A stretch of 64,000 nucleotides of DNA, taken from a bacterium. Its GTDB lineage: Bacteria; Sysuimicrobiota; Sysuimicrobiia; Sysuimicrobiales; Segetimicrobiaceae. The position numbers and the translations under genes are program-made. The DNA lies in assembly GCA_035295165.1 (NCBI GenBank), contig DATGJN010000093.1:95-64094 (forward strand), in the 5' to 3' direction. Under the pieces are notes generated by a model. It made no database searches, was not told where the DNA came from, and was given only the letters and a program-made list of their open reading frames with translations. Every line of letters starts with the position of its first letter. The first letter of the stretch is position 1. Shown one piece after another: positions 28,750 through 39,546 of this stretch.

Positions 28750-29649
28750 CTACGGCGTTTGCTTGACCTCCACCCCGGCGATTCGCTCCCACACCTTCAC
28801 CACCGCGACCGTGTCCTCGGCGTCGAGACCCAAGCTTCGGGCGACCGTGAACGTGAACAGCGCCCCGGTCGCGGCCGGCACCGGCAGATTGTGCTCCTGC
28901 GCGAGTTCCTGAGCCAGCCGCAGGTCCTTGTGCGCGAGCGCCACCTGAAACGACGGCTCGAACTCGCGCTTGAGAATCCGCGTGCCGCGTGCCTGAATCA
29001 TCGGCGTCGCGGCGCTGCCCGCGCTCAATGCGCCGACGAGTTGGGCCGGGTCGAGGCCGGCGCGCACGCCGAGAGACAACGCCTCCGCGAGGATGGCCAT
29101 CGAGGAGAGCGAGATCATGTTGTTGAGCAGCTTCGTCACGTGCCCCGCCGCGATGTCGCCCATGTGCAGGATCGTGCGTCCCATCGCGTCGAGCGCCGGC
29201 CGGATGCGGGCGATGTCCTTCGTGGACCCGCCGGCGTAGATCGTGAGCGTGCCCTCGGCGGCGCCGTGCACGCCGCCGGTGATCGGGGCGTCGACCATCG
29301 CGATGCCGCGCTCGCGAAGCCGGGCGGCCAGCGTCCGCGTCGACGCCGGCCGGCTCGTTCCCATGTCGACGAAGATGGCGCCGGCACCCGCGGTTTCCAA
29401 CATTCCGCCGGGCCCGAGGACGGCGGCCTCGACCTCCGCCGAGGTGGGCAGGCACGCGATCACGATCGGGCAGTCCTTGATGAGCGCGGCGAGCGACCCC
29501 GCCACGTGCGCGCCCAGGGCTTCGAGCGTGCGCGCCGGCTCGGGCCGGTGGTGAATGAGGACCGTGACGTCGAACCCCTTGCGCACCAAGTTCGCGGCCA
29601 TGGGCTGGCCCATGGCTCCGATGCCGAGAAACCCGATACGTTCCGCCAT
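28750..29649 (-). CDS. NAD(P)-dependent 3-hydroxyacid dehydrogenase, 3-hydroxyisobutyrate/tartronate-semialdehyde reductase family
   Basis: Start at the ATG 29649 (MAERIGFLGIGAMGQPMA = GxGxxG Rossmann). Catalytic-Lys region GHVTKLLNN and the C-terminal family helix bundle. Confidence 0.85.
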   Translation of the reverse strand: MAERIGFLGIGAMGQPMAANLVRKGFDVTVLIHHRPEPARTLEALGAHVAGSLAALIKDCPIVIACLPTSAEVEAAVLGPGGMLETAGAGAIFVDMGTSRPASTRTLAARLRERGIAMVDAPITGGVHGAAEGTLTIYAGGSTKDIARIRPALDAMGRTILHMGDIAAGHVTKLLNNMISLSSMAILAEALSLGVRAGLDPAQLVGALSAGSAATPMIQARGTRILKREFEPSFQVALAHKDLRLAQELAQEHNLPVPAATGALFTFTVARSLGLDAEDTVAVVKVWERIAGVEVKQTP

Positions 29650-29789
29650 GTTGATGCGCCGCGCCCGGATCAGAGCGGCGGCGTGCCTCCTTGGGAATGG
29701 GATGATGATAGAAACGTTCGGATCGTCTGAGAGGGCTTCCTCCGGGCGAACACGTATCTGGGTGGAGAGGGGCAACCGAGGAGGGGTCC

Positions 29790-30563
29790 GTGACGCGGAC
29801 GGTAGACTTTAACAGCGACCTGGGCGAGAGCTTCGGCGCCTACACGATCGGCGCCGACGCCGAGATGATGCCAGCGATCACGTCGGCGAACGTGGCGTGC
29901 GGGTTCCACGGCGGCGATCCGCTCGTCATGGAGCGAACGGTCCGGTTGGCGCGGCAACACGGGGTCGGCATCGGCGCCCACCCCGGGTTTCCCGACCTCG
30001 TGGGATTCGGACGCCGCGAGATGCGGTTGTCGCTGGACGAACTGCGCACGACGTTCATCTACCAGATCGGCGCGTTGGAGGCGTTCGCGCGCGCGCGGGG
30101 TGCGGCCCTGCAGCACGTGAAAGGCCACGGGGCGTTGCAGAACATGGCGGCCTACGACGAGGCGCAGTCGCGGGCGATCGTCGACGCGATCGCGAGCGTG
30201 GACCGCCGTCTGATCGTGGTGGCGTTCTGTGGGTCGGTCCTGGAACGCGTCGCGCGCGAGGCCGGACTTCGGGTCGCACGGGAGGCGTACGCCGACCGCG
30301 GCTATACGCGCAGCGGGGCGCTCGTGAGCCGGAGCCATCCGCGGGCGCTCCTGACGGATCCGGACGCGGTGGGCAGCCGGGTCGTGCGCATCGTCACCGA
30401 GGGCGTGGTCGACGTGGTTGACGGCGGCGAGTTTCGGCTGGAGCCCGACACGTTCTGCTTCCACGGCGACACGCCGGGCGCGCCCGCGCTGGCGCGGGCG
30501 GCGCGCAATGCGCTCACGCGGGCGGGCGTGCAGATTGCGCCGCTCGGGCAATGGCTGTCCTAG
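29790..30563 (+). CDS. pxpA: 5-oxoprolinase subunit A / LamB-YcsF family lactam hydrolase
   Basis: GTG start with a GAGGAGGGG RBS. VDFNSDLGESFG and CGFHGGDP hallmark motifs of LamB/YcsF. Confidence 0.85.
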   Translation: MTRTVDFNSDLGESFGAYTIGADAEMMPAITSANVACGFHGGDPLVMERTVRLARQHGVGIGAHPGFPDLVGFGRREMRLSLDELRTTFIYQIGALEAFARARGAALQHVKGHGALQNMAAYDEAQSRAIVDAIASVDRRLIVVAFCGSVLERVAREAGLRVAREAYADRGYTRSGALVSRSHPRALLTDPDAVGSRVVRIVTEGVVDVVDGGEFRLEPDTFCFHGDTPGAPALARAARNALTRAGVQIAPLGQWLS

Positions 30564-31456
30564 CCGCGCCGCGCGTGCCGTGGATCGACTGGGGGCGCAC
30601 GATCGCCTATATCGATCACAACGGGAGCGAGATGGAGCGGGCGCGGCTGCGCGGCATACTCGGCCGGCCGCGCCCCGACGCGAAGGTTGTGCGGGCGCTC
30701 GAGGCCCGTCAAAACGAGGACGGCGGGTTCCCGTACGAGTTCGTGCAGGGCCGCGTGTCCACGATTGACGCGACGGCCACCGCGCTGAACTGGCTCGAGG
30801 ATCTGCGGCTCTTCGACGGGCCGCACGTCGAACGCGCGTTGGTGTTTCTGCTCGCGGACCAACGCCCGGACGGGTCGTGGGACGAGCCGCCCGGAATCCT
30901 CCGGTATGCGCCGCCGCCGCGCCTGCTTCCCAGCGACCTCCGAGTCCGCACGGCGTCGACGGCGCTCGTCGGATACTGGTTGGCGCGCGCGGGCGGGCGT
31001 GACGACGCCATCGGGCGGGCCGCCGCATACCTGCGTGGACATCAGGCGCCAGGCGGCCGGTTTGTGGGCTTCCTGCGGACGACGTGGCTGGCCACGGCGT
31101 TTCTCCACCTCGTCGAGGGCCCGGGGTCGGACGCCGCGGTCCGCGGCCTCCAGGCGCTCGGGGCAGTGGACGGCAGCCGCTGGCGGCCCGGGGCTCTCGC
31201 CGACATGCTCGTACGTCTCGGCGGCGGCGGCGTGGAGGACGACACGCCGGTCGTCGTGCGCACCCTCGAGCGCCTCTGCGTGCTGTCCCAGCCCGACGGG
31301 TCGTGGGTGTCCGAGGACGGGGACGCCTATCACGTTGAGGCCACCTTGCAGGCACTGCGAGCGCTACTCCACTATGGCGGCGACACGGACGCGCCGGAGG
31401 GAGCAGGCGACGCCCTTCCCGAGGCGAACTTTGCAGACGAGGAAATCAGGGGATGA
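30551..31456 (+). CDS. prenyltransferase/squalene-oxidase-repeat (alpha-alpha toroid) protein
   Basis: Repeated QxxDGGF/W-type motifs (QNEDGGF, QRPDGSW, QPDGSW). It overlaps the pxpA end by 13 nt. Confidence 0.5.
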   Translation: MAVLAAPRVPWIDWGRTIAYIDHNGSEMERARLRGILGRPRPDAKVVRALEARQNEDGGFPYEFVQGRVSTIDATATALNWLEDLRLFDGPHVERALVFLLADQRPDGSWDEPPGILRYAPPPRLLPSDLRVRTASTALVGYWLARAGGRDDAIGRAAAYLRGHQAPGGRFVGFLRTTWLATAFLHLVEGPGSDAAVRGLQALGAVDGSRWRPGALADMLVRLGGGGVEDDTPVVVRTLERLCVLSQPDGSWVSEDGDAYHVEATLQALRALLHYGGDTDAPEGAGDALPEANFADEEIRG

Positions 31457-31791
31457 CCGAACAGGTGCTGAAGGAACTGCAGGGCGTGGTGGGCGCGGCG
31501 CTCGAAGAGCGACGCGGGTTGGTCGTGTACTCCCGGCTCGAGCCCGTCGAGATCGACCGACTGGCGCGCAAGGTCGAGCGGGAGGCGCTCGAGAAAGTGC
31601 AGGGCCTGCTGCCGGAGGAGACCATCGATCAGCGGGTGCTCGGGTTGCGGAACCGGCTGCAGCGGATGCGGGACGAGCTCGAACAGTTGGGCGAACTGGG
31701 CAATATCCGGGAGCACAGCCGAAGCCTGCAAACCGATGAGATCGTGTGGCAGACGTTCGAGGACGTGGCCTGGATGCTGGGGGTGCAGTAG
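31453..31791 (+). CDS. hypothetical coiled-coil protein
   Basis: 112 aa, E/R/L-rich. ATGA overlap with the upstream gene. Confidence 0.4.
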   Translation: MTEQVLKELQGVVGAALEERRGLVVYSRLEPVEIDRLARKVEREALEKVQGLLPEETIDQRVLGLRNRLQRMRDELEQLGELGNIREHSRSLQTDEIVWQTFEDVAWMLGVQ

Positions 31792-31803
31792 CCTCCGGCG
31801 GAC

Positions 31804-32175
31804 TCAGCGCCGCCGCCCGCCGCGCTTCGCCTCCGTGTTTCGCTTGAGATCGAGCAGCCGCTCCTCGCTCTCCTTCATGAACCTGGTGAGCTTCTCTTCG
31901 AACGTCGCCTTCGACCGCGCGCGCGCCTGCCGCTCGGCGGGATCCAGCGCCTGCTTGACGGAGAGATCCAGCTTGCCCTTGTCGTTGTAGCCGAGCACCT
32001 TGACCTTGACGCGCTCCTGTTCCTTCAGGTAGTCGCGTACGTCTTTGACGTAGGTGTCGGCGATTTCGGAGATGTGGACGAGACCGCTCTTGCCGTCCTG
32101 GAGTTCTACGAACGCGCCGTAGTGGGTGATTTTGACGACCACGCCTTCAAGGACCGTTCCAGCCTCAAGGCTCAT
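31804..32175 (-). CDS. S1 RNA-binding domain protein (YabR/GSP13-like)
   Basis: Start at the ATG 32175. S1 fold motif GTVLEGVVVKITHYGAFVELQDGKSGLVHISEIAD with a basic C-terminal tail. Confidence 0.75.
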   Translation of the reverse strand: MSLEAGTVLEGVVVKITHYGAFVELQDGKSGLVHISEIADTYVKDVRDYLKEQERVKVKVLGYNDKGKLDLSVKQALDPAERQARARSKATFEEKLTRFMKESEERLLDLKRNTEAKRGGRRR

Positions 32176-32240
32176 ACCGGTGAAACCGAACCTCCCAGTG
32201 AGAGATGCAGAGCGTATTATAGCCCACCCCCCCAAAGGTG

Positions 32241-32272
32241 TCAACAAACTGCAACGAAACGTGCAACAAACG
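32241..32272. promoter_or_regulatory. three tandem CAAC/AAAC repeats with about 11-bp periodicity (CAACAAAC-tg-CAACGAAAC-gtg-CAACAAAC); candidate OmpR/GlnR-type operator upstream of amtB
   Basis: Read directly. AAC triplets recur every 10-12 bp. The 8-mer CAACAAAC also occurs upstream of the glnA promoter (51085-51092, minus strand). Confidence 0.3.
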
Positions 32273-32370
32273 TAAAGGCACGTCGCGCCGGAGATCAAAA
32301 GGGGGAGGCGCCGCCCCCCGGCGACCGCCGGATGAAGCGGGAGGGCGCCCCTTTCGCGGCCCGGCGGCCC

Positions 32371-32401
32371 TTGACACCACGCCTGCGGTGTGGTGTTCTA
32401 T
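32371..32401 (+). promoter_or_regulatory. candidate promoter of the amtB-glnK leader (-35 TTGACA; -10 region GTTCTAT)
   Basis: A perfect -35 hexamer at 32371-32376. The -10 is weak (TTCTAT/GTTCTA, spacer 18-19). Confidence 0.3.
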
Positions 32402-32450
32402 CAAACAAGCCGCGAGTCCGCGCCGACCGCGTGGCCTTGGGTGCCGTGAC

Positions 32451-32485
32451 GCCAGCCCAACGAACCGTTGGGGTGGCGTTTTTTT
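32451..32485 (+). terminator. intrinsic terminator/attenuator inside the amtB 5' leader: 12-bp stem (one G.G mismatch), AAC loop, then GTTTTTTTG
   Basis: 5' arm GCCAGCCCAACG (32451-32462), 3' arm CGTTGGGGTGGC (32466-32477), T7 tract 32479-32485. It lies about 95 nt upstream of the amtB ATG and downstream of the TTGACA element. Confidence 0.5.
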
Positions 32486-32580
32486 GTGCCCCGGGCGGCT
32501 TGAGGCCGGGACGCCTCCGATTGCGAGACCTGGACGCGCGTGGCGGCAGACCACCGCGCCTGTGACGAGGAGGAGGCACG

Positions 32581-33882
32581 ATGACAACGACACCGACGCT
32601 CAACGGGGCGGATCTTGCTTGGATGATGACCGCGACCGCACTGGTGCTCCTCATGACGCCCGCGCTCGGCTTCTTCTACGGGGGCATGACCGGCAACAAG
32701 AACGTCCTGAACACGATCCTGATGAGCTTCACCACGCTTGGGTTCTCCCTGGTCGCGTGGGCCCTGGTCGGGTACTCGCTCGCGTTCAGCCCCGGCAGCG
32801 CCCTGCTGGGCGACCTCCGCTGGATGCTGCTCAACCATGTCAACCTGGCGCCCGGCCAGTCGTTGAGCCCCACGATCGCCCCTGTCATCTACATGGCGTT
32901 CCAGGCGACGTTCGCGATCATCACGACGGCGCTCGTCTCGGGCGGCATCATCGGGCGGATGCGGTTTCAAGCGTACCTGGTGTTCATCACGCTGTGGATC
33001 GTGTGCGTGTACGCACCGATTGCCCACTGGGTGTGGGGCGGAGGCTGGCTCGGGAGTCTCGGCGCGCTCGACTTCGCGGGCGGGACCGTTGTGCACGTGA
33101 ACGCAGGAGTCGCCGCGCTTGTCGCCGCGCTCGTCGTGGGCAACCGCACGGACTACGGACGGCAGGCGTTCGTGCCGGGGAATGTCCCGTTCGTGCTGCT
33201 CGGCGCCGCACTGCTCTGGTTCGGGTGGTTCGGCTTCAACGGCGGCAGCGCCGTGGCGTCGAACGGGCTCGCCGCCCTGGCGTTCGTGAACACGTTCCTG
33301 GCCCCTGCGGGAACGATGGTGGTGTGGGCACTGCTCGACATGCGGCGTCTCGGGAAGGTGACCGCGATCGGGATCGCGAGCGCGATCGTCGTCGGACTGG
33401 TCGTGATCACGCCCGCGTCCGGCTTTGTGCCGCCGATCTGGGCCCTCGTCATGGGCGGGCTCGGCGCCGTCCCAAGCTACTATGCGATGCAGTGGCGGGC
33501 CAAGACTCCGGTCGACGAGTCCCTGGACGTCTTCGCCGGGCACGCGGTCGGAGGGGCGACCGGCGCGATCCTGACCGGCGTATTCGCGGTCAAGGCGTGG
33601 AACACCGTGCAGAACGGGTTGATCGCCGGCAATCCGCAGCAGATCCTCATCCAGGCGCTGGCGGTTGCCGGGGCGGCGGCCTACAGTGCGCTCGGTACGT
33701 TCGTACTCCTCAAGGTGATCGGCGCCGTGATGCCGCTGCGCGCCGCCCGTCAAGATCAGGCGCTGGGGATGGATCCCACCCAGCACGGCGAGGAAGCGTA
33801 CACGGGCGGCGAGGGTACCGTGTTGGTGCTGCCGGAGATCTCGCCGCAACCGAAGCTGGAATCAGCGAGGGCGAAGGCATGA
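32581..33882 (+). CDS. amtB: ammonium transporter AmtB
   Basis: 433 aa, about 11 TM helices, with Amt signature blocks (DFAGGTVVH, GFNGGS). It overlaps the glnK ATG (ATGA). Confidence 0.9.
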   Translation: MTTTPTLNGADLAWMMTATALVLLMTPALGFFYGGMTGNKNVLNTILMSFTTLGFSLVAWALVGYSLAFSPGSALLGDLRWMLLNHVNLAPGQSLSPTIAPVIYMAFQATFAIITTALVSGGIIGRMRFQAYLVFITLWIVCVYAPIAHWVWGGGWLGSLGALDFAGGTVVHVNAGVAALVAALVVGNRTDYGRQAFVPGNVPFVLLGAALLWFGWFGFNGGSAVASNGLAALAFVNTFLAPAGTMVVWALLDMRRLGKVTAIGIASAIVVGLVVITPASGFVPPIWALVMGGLGAVPSYYAMQWRAKTPVDESLDVFAGHAVGGATGAILTGVFAVKAWNTVQNGLIAGNPQQILIQALAVAGAAAYSALGTFVLLKVIGAVMPLRAARQDQALGMDPTQHGEEAYTGGEGTVLVLPEISPQPKLESARAKA

Positions 33883-34229
33883 AGATCATCGTGGCGATCG
33901 TGCGTCCCGAGAGGGCCAACGACGTCTTGGAGGCGCTGTACAGGGCCGAGGTGCGCGGACTGTCGCTTAGCCGCGTGCAAGGGCACGGCGGCGAGCTTGA
34001 GCGCATGGAGACGTATCGCGGGATGACCGTCAAGGTTGAGCTCACCGAGAAAGTGCGCTTCGAGATCGGCGTGTCGGACCACTTCGTCGAGCCGACCGTG
34101 CGGGCGATCATGCTCGCGGCGCGCACCGGCGAGGTCGGCGACGGGAAGATCTTCGTGCTGCCGGTGGACAAGGTGTACCGAATTCGGACCGGCGAAGAGG
34201 ACACGGCGGCGGTGACCCCGGTCGGCTGA
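33879..34229 (+). CDS. glnK: nitrogen regulatory protein P-II (GlnK/GlnB)
   Basis: 116 aa, MKIIVAIVRPERANDVLEAL... It has a T-loop region with RYRG-like RGMTVKVE and the C-terminal GDGKIFV motif. This is the classic amtB-glnK operon. Confidence 0.9.
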   Translation: MKIIVAIVRPERANDVLEALYRAEVRGLSLSRVQGHGGELERMETYRGMTVKVELTEKVRFEIGVSDHFVEPTVRAIMLAARTGEVGDGKIFVLPVDKVYRIRTGEEDTAAVTPVG

Positions 34230-34410
34230 CGCGGCGGAGAACCGGTCGTCGTCGTAGAAGCAGCAGACGGACGGAACGGCGAATCTCGGAGCGGGCCAGC
34301 CGTCGGGCGAGCCCCGAGCGCGGGAGGCTGCTACGTACCGCATCGAACGCCTCGCCACCGCAGAGGTCGATGGGTATCTGGATCGGCTTGCTGACCTGCT
34401 GCGGGACGCG

Positions 34411-34848
34411 GTGGAGGACGGGGCGTCCGTAGGTTTCCTCCCGCCCCTGGCCGCCGCGGACGCGCTGGAGTACTGGCGCACCGTGCTTCGGGCGGTCTCT
34501 CAAGGGTCCCGCGTGCTCCTGGTCGCGCTCGACGGCCGCGACGTGCTGGGATCCGTGCAGCTCGATCTGGCGGCGATGCCGAACGCGCGGCATCGGGCGG
34601 AAGTGATGAAGTTGCTGGTGCACCGGCGTGCCCGCCGCAAGGGGATCGGCCGCGCGCTGATGCTGGCGATCGAAAATGCGGCCCGAGCGGCCGGGTGCAC
34701 GCTGCTGGTGCTTGACACGCGGCGGGGTGATGCGGCCGAGCGGCTGTATGCGCACCTCGGGTACACGCGCGTCGGCGTGATCCCTCGGTATGCGCGCAGC
34801 GCGGCGGGGACGCTCGACGACACGGTGTACTTCTACCGGGAGTTGTAG
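34411..34848 (+). CDS. GNAT family N-acetyltransferase (N-terminus probably longer)
   Basis: Acetyl-CoA motif RRARRKGIGRALM. Conserved GNAT-like sequence continues about 45 codons upstream of the first GTG, back to 34258, without an ATG/GTG/TTG. Confidence 0.55.
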   Translation: MEDGASVGFLPPLAAADALEYWRTVLRAVSQGSRVLLVALDGRDVLGSVQLDLAAMPNARHRAEVMKLLVHRRARRKGIGRALMLAIENAARAAGCTLLVLDTRRGDAAERLYAHLGYTRVGVIPRYARSAAGTLDDTVYFYREL

Positions 34849-34916
34849 GACCAGCGCGAGGGGGCCCGGGACCGCGCGGCGAATCGCTACGGGCGGGGTC
34901 GTGGGGGAGGACGGCT

Positions 34917-35672
34917 ATGGATGAGGTGCGCCTCGACCGGCTCACCGCGGGGGCCGTCGGCGACGGCCACTACGACAAAGCCATCCTCCCGCTCGGTGCC
35001 ACCGAGTTTCATGGACCGCACTTGCCGTACGGGACCGACACGATCGCGGCGGATGTCCTTGCTGGCGCTTTCGCGAAGGCGCTCGGACGTACGCTCGTAC
35101 TGCCACCTCTGCAGTTCGGGGTCAGCTATCACCACCTCGCGTTCGCGTGGACCATTTCCGTCCGGCCGGAGACCCTCTCGTTGGTCATTCGGGACGTCGG
35201 CGACTCCCTGGTGCGCCACGGCATCCGTAAGTTCTTGCTGGTCTCGGCACACGACGGGAACGCGCCGGTCGCCAACGCGGCCGCGCGCCAGTTGTCACAG
35301 GACCACGGCCTGAGCGTCGCCGTCTTCGCGGGATGGCAGCGCAAGGCGAGGGCGGCGCTCGCGGGACGAACCGCTATCGATCTGGATCACGCGGGGCAGT
35401 CTGAAACGTCCCTCGTCCTGTACGCGGCGCCCCAGTTGGTACGATTCAACCTCGCGTCGACCCAGCGAAATGAACGATCCGACCATCCGGTTGATCTCGT
35501 GGGGAGCTACGCGGACATCGCGCCACTGGGCTATTCAGGCGACGCGGCTGGGGCGACCCGCGCCCAGGGAGAGGCCATCGTCGCGTCGCTGGTTGGGCTC
35601 GTTGTCCCGTACCTCAGGCTGCTCGACTCGCACGGATGGAAGGGCGGGTCGTGGCTGAGCGAGATCGAGTGA
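34917..35672 (+). CDS. creatininase (creatinine amidohydrolase) family protein
   Basis: 251 aa with family blocks (LPLGATEFHGPHLPYGTD, VSAHDGN). Confidence 0.72.
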   Translation: MDEVRLDRLTAGAVGDGHYDKAILPLGATEFHGPHLPYGTDTIAADVLAGAFAKALGRTLVLPPLQFGVSYHHLAFAWTISVRPETLSLVIRDVGDSLVRHGIRKFLLVSAHDGNAPVANAAARQLSQDHGLSVAVFAGWQRKARAALAGRTAIDLDHAGQSETSLVLYAAPQLVRFNLASTQRNERSDHPVDLVGSYADIAPLGYSGDAAGATRAQGEAIVASLVGLVVPYLRLLDSHGWKGGSWLSEIE

Positions 35673-35757
35673 TCCCTGCGGTTCACCGACGACCGAATCG
35701 ATCCAATCCGCGCGCGCGGCTGGTCGCGCCTCCCCGGCGTCTCCGACGCGCCCGCGC

Positions 35758-36249
35758 CTAGAGGTGCAGCGTCGATATCAGGGAGGAGAGGCGCGTCCAC
35801 AGGCGGCCGATCCATGCCCGCGCACCCGTCGGCGGCTGCGCCGCGCCTGGGTCCGGCGCCGGCGCGGTCACGGCGCCCGGGTCGCGCGCGGCGCGATCGA
35901 GGCGATCGGACGGCGGGCCTTGGGTAGGATCAGGATGCCCGGTCGCACTTCGTCCGCTTCCGGCCCCGTTCGGCCCCGCGGGCACGATCAGAAACTCGAC
36001 CTCGCCCGGGCGCACCATGCCAAGCTCTTTGCGGGCCAGCCACTCCAGGTAGCCGTCGTCCGTCCTGAGGCGTTGGATCTCGTCGCGCAACTCCTGATTC
36101 GCGGCGATGAGGTCCCGCCGGTGCTGGTCGAGCTGGGAGGCCTGCCTCGCGAGGGCGTACGTGCGCGCGTACTCGGCTGCGAGTGCGGCGGTGGACCAGG
36201 CAAGCACCAGACTGACGGCGACCACCACCACGCGACGCCACGGGGACAT
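35758..36249 (-). CDS. septum formation initiator family protein (FtsB/DivIC-like) with a Pro-rich C-terminal tail
   Basis: Start at the ATG 36249 (frame-checked). N-terminal TM, coiled coil (LIAANQELRDEIQRLR) and the FtsB motif YLEWLARKELGMVRPGE. Confidence 0.55.
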   Translation of the reverse strand: MSPWRRVVVVAVSLVLAWSTAALAAEYARTYALARQASQLDQHRRDLIAANQELRDEIQRLRTDDGYLEWLARKELGMVRPGEVEFLIVPAGPNGAGSGRSATGHPDPTQGPPSDRLDRAARDPGAVTAPAPDPGAAQPPTGARAWIGRLWTRLSSLISTLHL

Positions 36250-36317
36250 GGAGGCCCGGCGCACGGCCTGAGCCTGGTTGGTCCCCTTTGGGGCCGCTTG
36301 ATCGGGGCGGCGGGGGG

Positions 36318-37067
36318 TCACCACCTGATCGCCCCCGCACGCCGCGGGCTCGCCCAGAGAAGTGGCAGCGCCAGCGTGGAGACGCCGCCCGCCAGCGCCG
36401 CGCGCGCACGCTGCCACACGTCGAACGAGCGCAGCACCCCTCGCCAGAACGGCGTGAGCGTGCCGTCCCGCTGCAGCTGGAACCACGCGAGCGCCACCTG
36501 TCGCAGGTAGCGGGCGGTCTCCGGGTAGGGCGGGACCCCGCCGTGCTGCTCCACCGTTTCCGCGCCGGCGTTGTACGCGGCGAGCGCCAGCAGCAGATTG
36601 CCGTTGAATCGGCGGATGAGACGGCGCAGGTAGGCGGCGCCTACGTCGAGATTGGCCGCGGGGTCTTCCATGCACGGGGGCGCGGTCAGCGAGGCGGTCT
36701 CGGGCGCGCACGAGGGTGCGACGCCGACTTCGCGCCACGTTGTGGGCAGGACCTGCATCAGCCCGAACGCGCCGCGGCGCGAGTGGGCGCGGGCGTTGAA
36801 CCCGCTCTCGGCAGCGACGACCGCCGCCACGAGCGCCGGGTTGACGTCGTGGGCGGAGGCGGCCCCGTTGATGAGATCGGCGTATGGGATGCCGTGCACG
36901 GGTCGAGGCGGAGCATCGCCCCGGCCAAAGCGCGAGAGCGCCGACCGCACGTGATCCGTCGTCAGCAGGTAGATGAACGTGAGTGCGAGTAGGAGGGCCG
37001 CCGCGACGCTTCCCGCGCAGATCTGGAACCATCGCGGCGCCCCTCCCGTGCGGCGACCGATGGCCAT
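36318..37067 (-). CDS. lytic transglycosylase (SLT domain) with an N-terminal membrane anchor
   Basis: ESGFN...AFGLMQV...AYNAG catalytic motifs of SLT family 1. Confidence 0.7.
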   Translation of the reverse strand: MAIGRRTGGAPRWFQICAGSVAAALLLALTFIYLLTTDHVRSALSRFGRGDAPPRPVHGIPYADLINGAASAHDVNPALVAAVVAAESGFNARAHSRRGAFGLMQVLPTTWREVGVAPSCAPETASLTAPPCMEDPAANLDVGAAYLRRLIRRFNGNLLLALAAYNAGAETVEQHGGVPPYPETARYLRQVALAWFQLQRDGTLTPFWRGVLRSFDVWQRARAALAGGVSTLALPLLWASPRRAGAIRW

Positions 37068-37165
37068 AGCTTTGGTCAGATTCTTGGCGCCGACACGGAT
37101 TCCTTCCGCGGTCGGCCGACGATCGTCGCGACGTCTCCCGGCCGTCGCCCGGGGGGCGCGCCGCG

Positions 37166-38737
<1,572 letters not shown>

Positions 38738-38751
<14 letters not shown>

Positions 38752-39546
38752 GCCACAGCGCCGCCAGTTCCTCGGGCGTGCAGTCGTGAAGCGACCGGCC
38801 GCCCGCGCGCACCGTCTGTTCCAGACGCGCAAAACGCTCGCGAAACTTCGTGCATGCCGCCCGCAGCGCTTGCTCTCCATCGAGGCCCAGGTATCGCGGC
38901 AGGGTGGCGACGGTGAAGAGCAGGTCCCCAAGCTCCTCGGCGACGCGGTCCGGCGGCTCGCCGGCGTGCGCGCGCTCGAGCTCCGTCAGTTCCTCGCGCA
39001 CCTTGGCCGTCGCCTGAGCGAGGGCGGGCCACTCGAACCCGGCGCGCGCCGCGCGGGCCTGCATCCCCTGCGCGAGCGCTAGCGCCGGCAGCGTGCGCGG
39101 GAGGCCTCCAAGCGCGCCGTCCTGGGACTCGCCGTCGGAGGGAGCGCGGCCGAGCTCCTCTGTCGTTCCCGCGCGCTCCTCAGCCTTGATCACCTCCCAG
39201 CGCTTGAGGACGTCGTCCGCGGTCGCGGCGTCCGCCTGCCCAAACACGTGGGGGTGGCGGCGCACCAGTTTTTCCGAGAGGCCGGCGATCACGTCCTCGA
39301 TCGTGAACGACCCCGCCTCCCTGGCCATCTGGGCGTGAAAGACGACCTGAAGGAGCAGGTCGCCCAGTTCCTCGCGCAGTTTCTCGGCGGCGCCGGCGTC
39401 GATTGCCTCGAGCGTCTCGTACGTCTCCTCGAGCAGGTACGGCCGCAACGATGCGTGGGTCTGCTCACGGTCCCACGGGCACCCCCCCGGCGCGCGAAGG
39501 CGCGCCATGATCGCGACCAGGTGCTCGAACCCCTGCCGACCGATGC

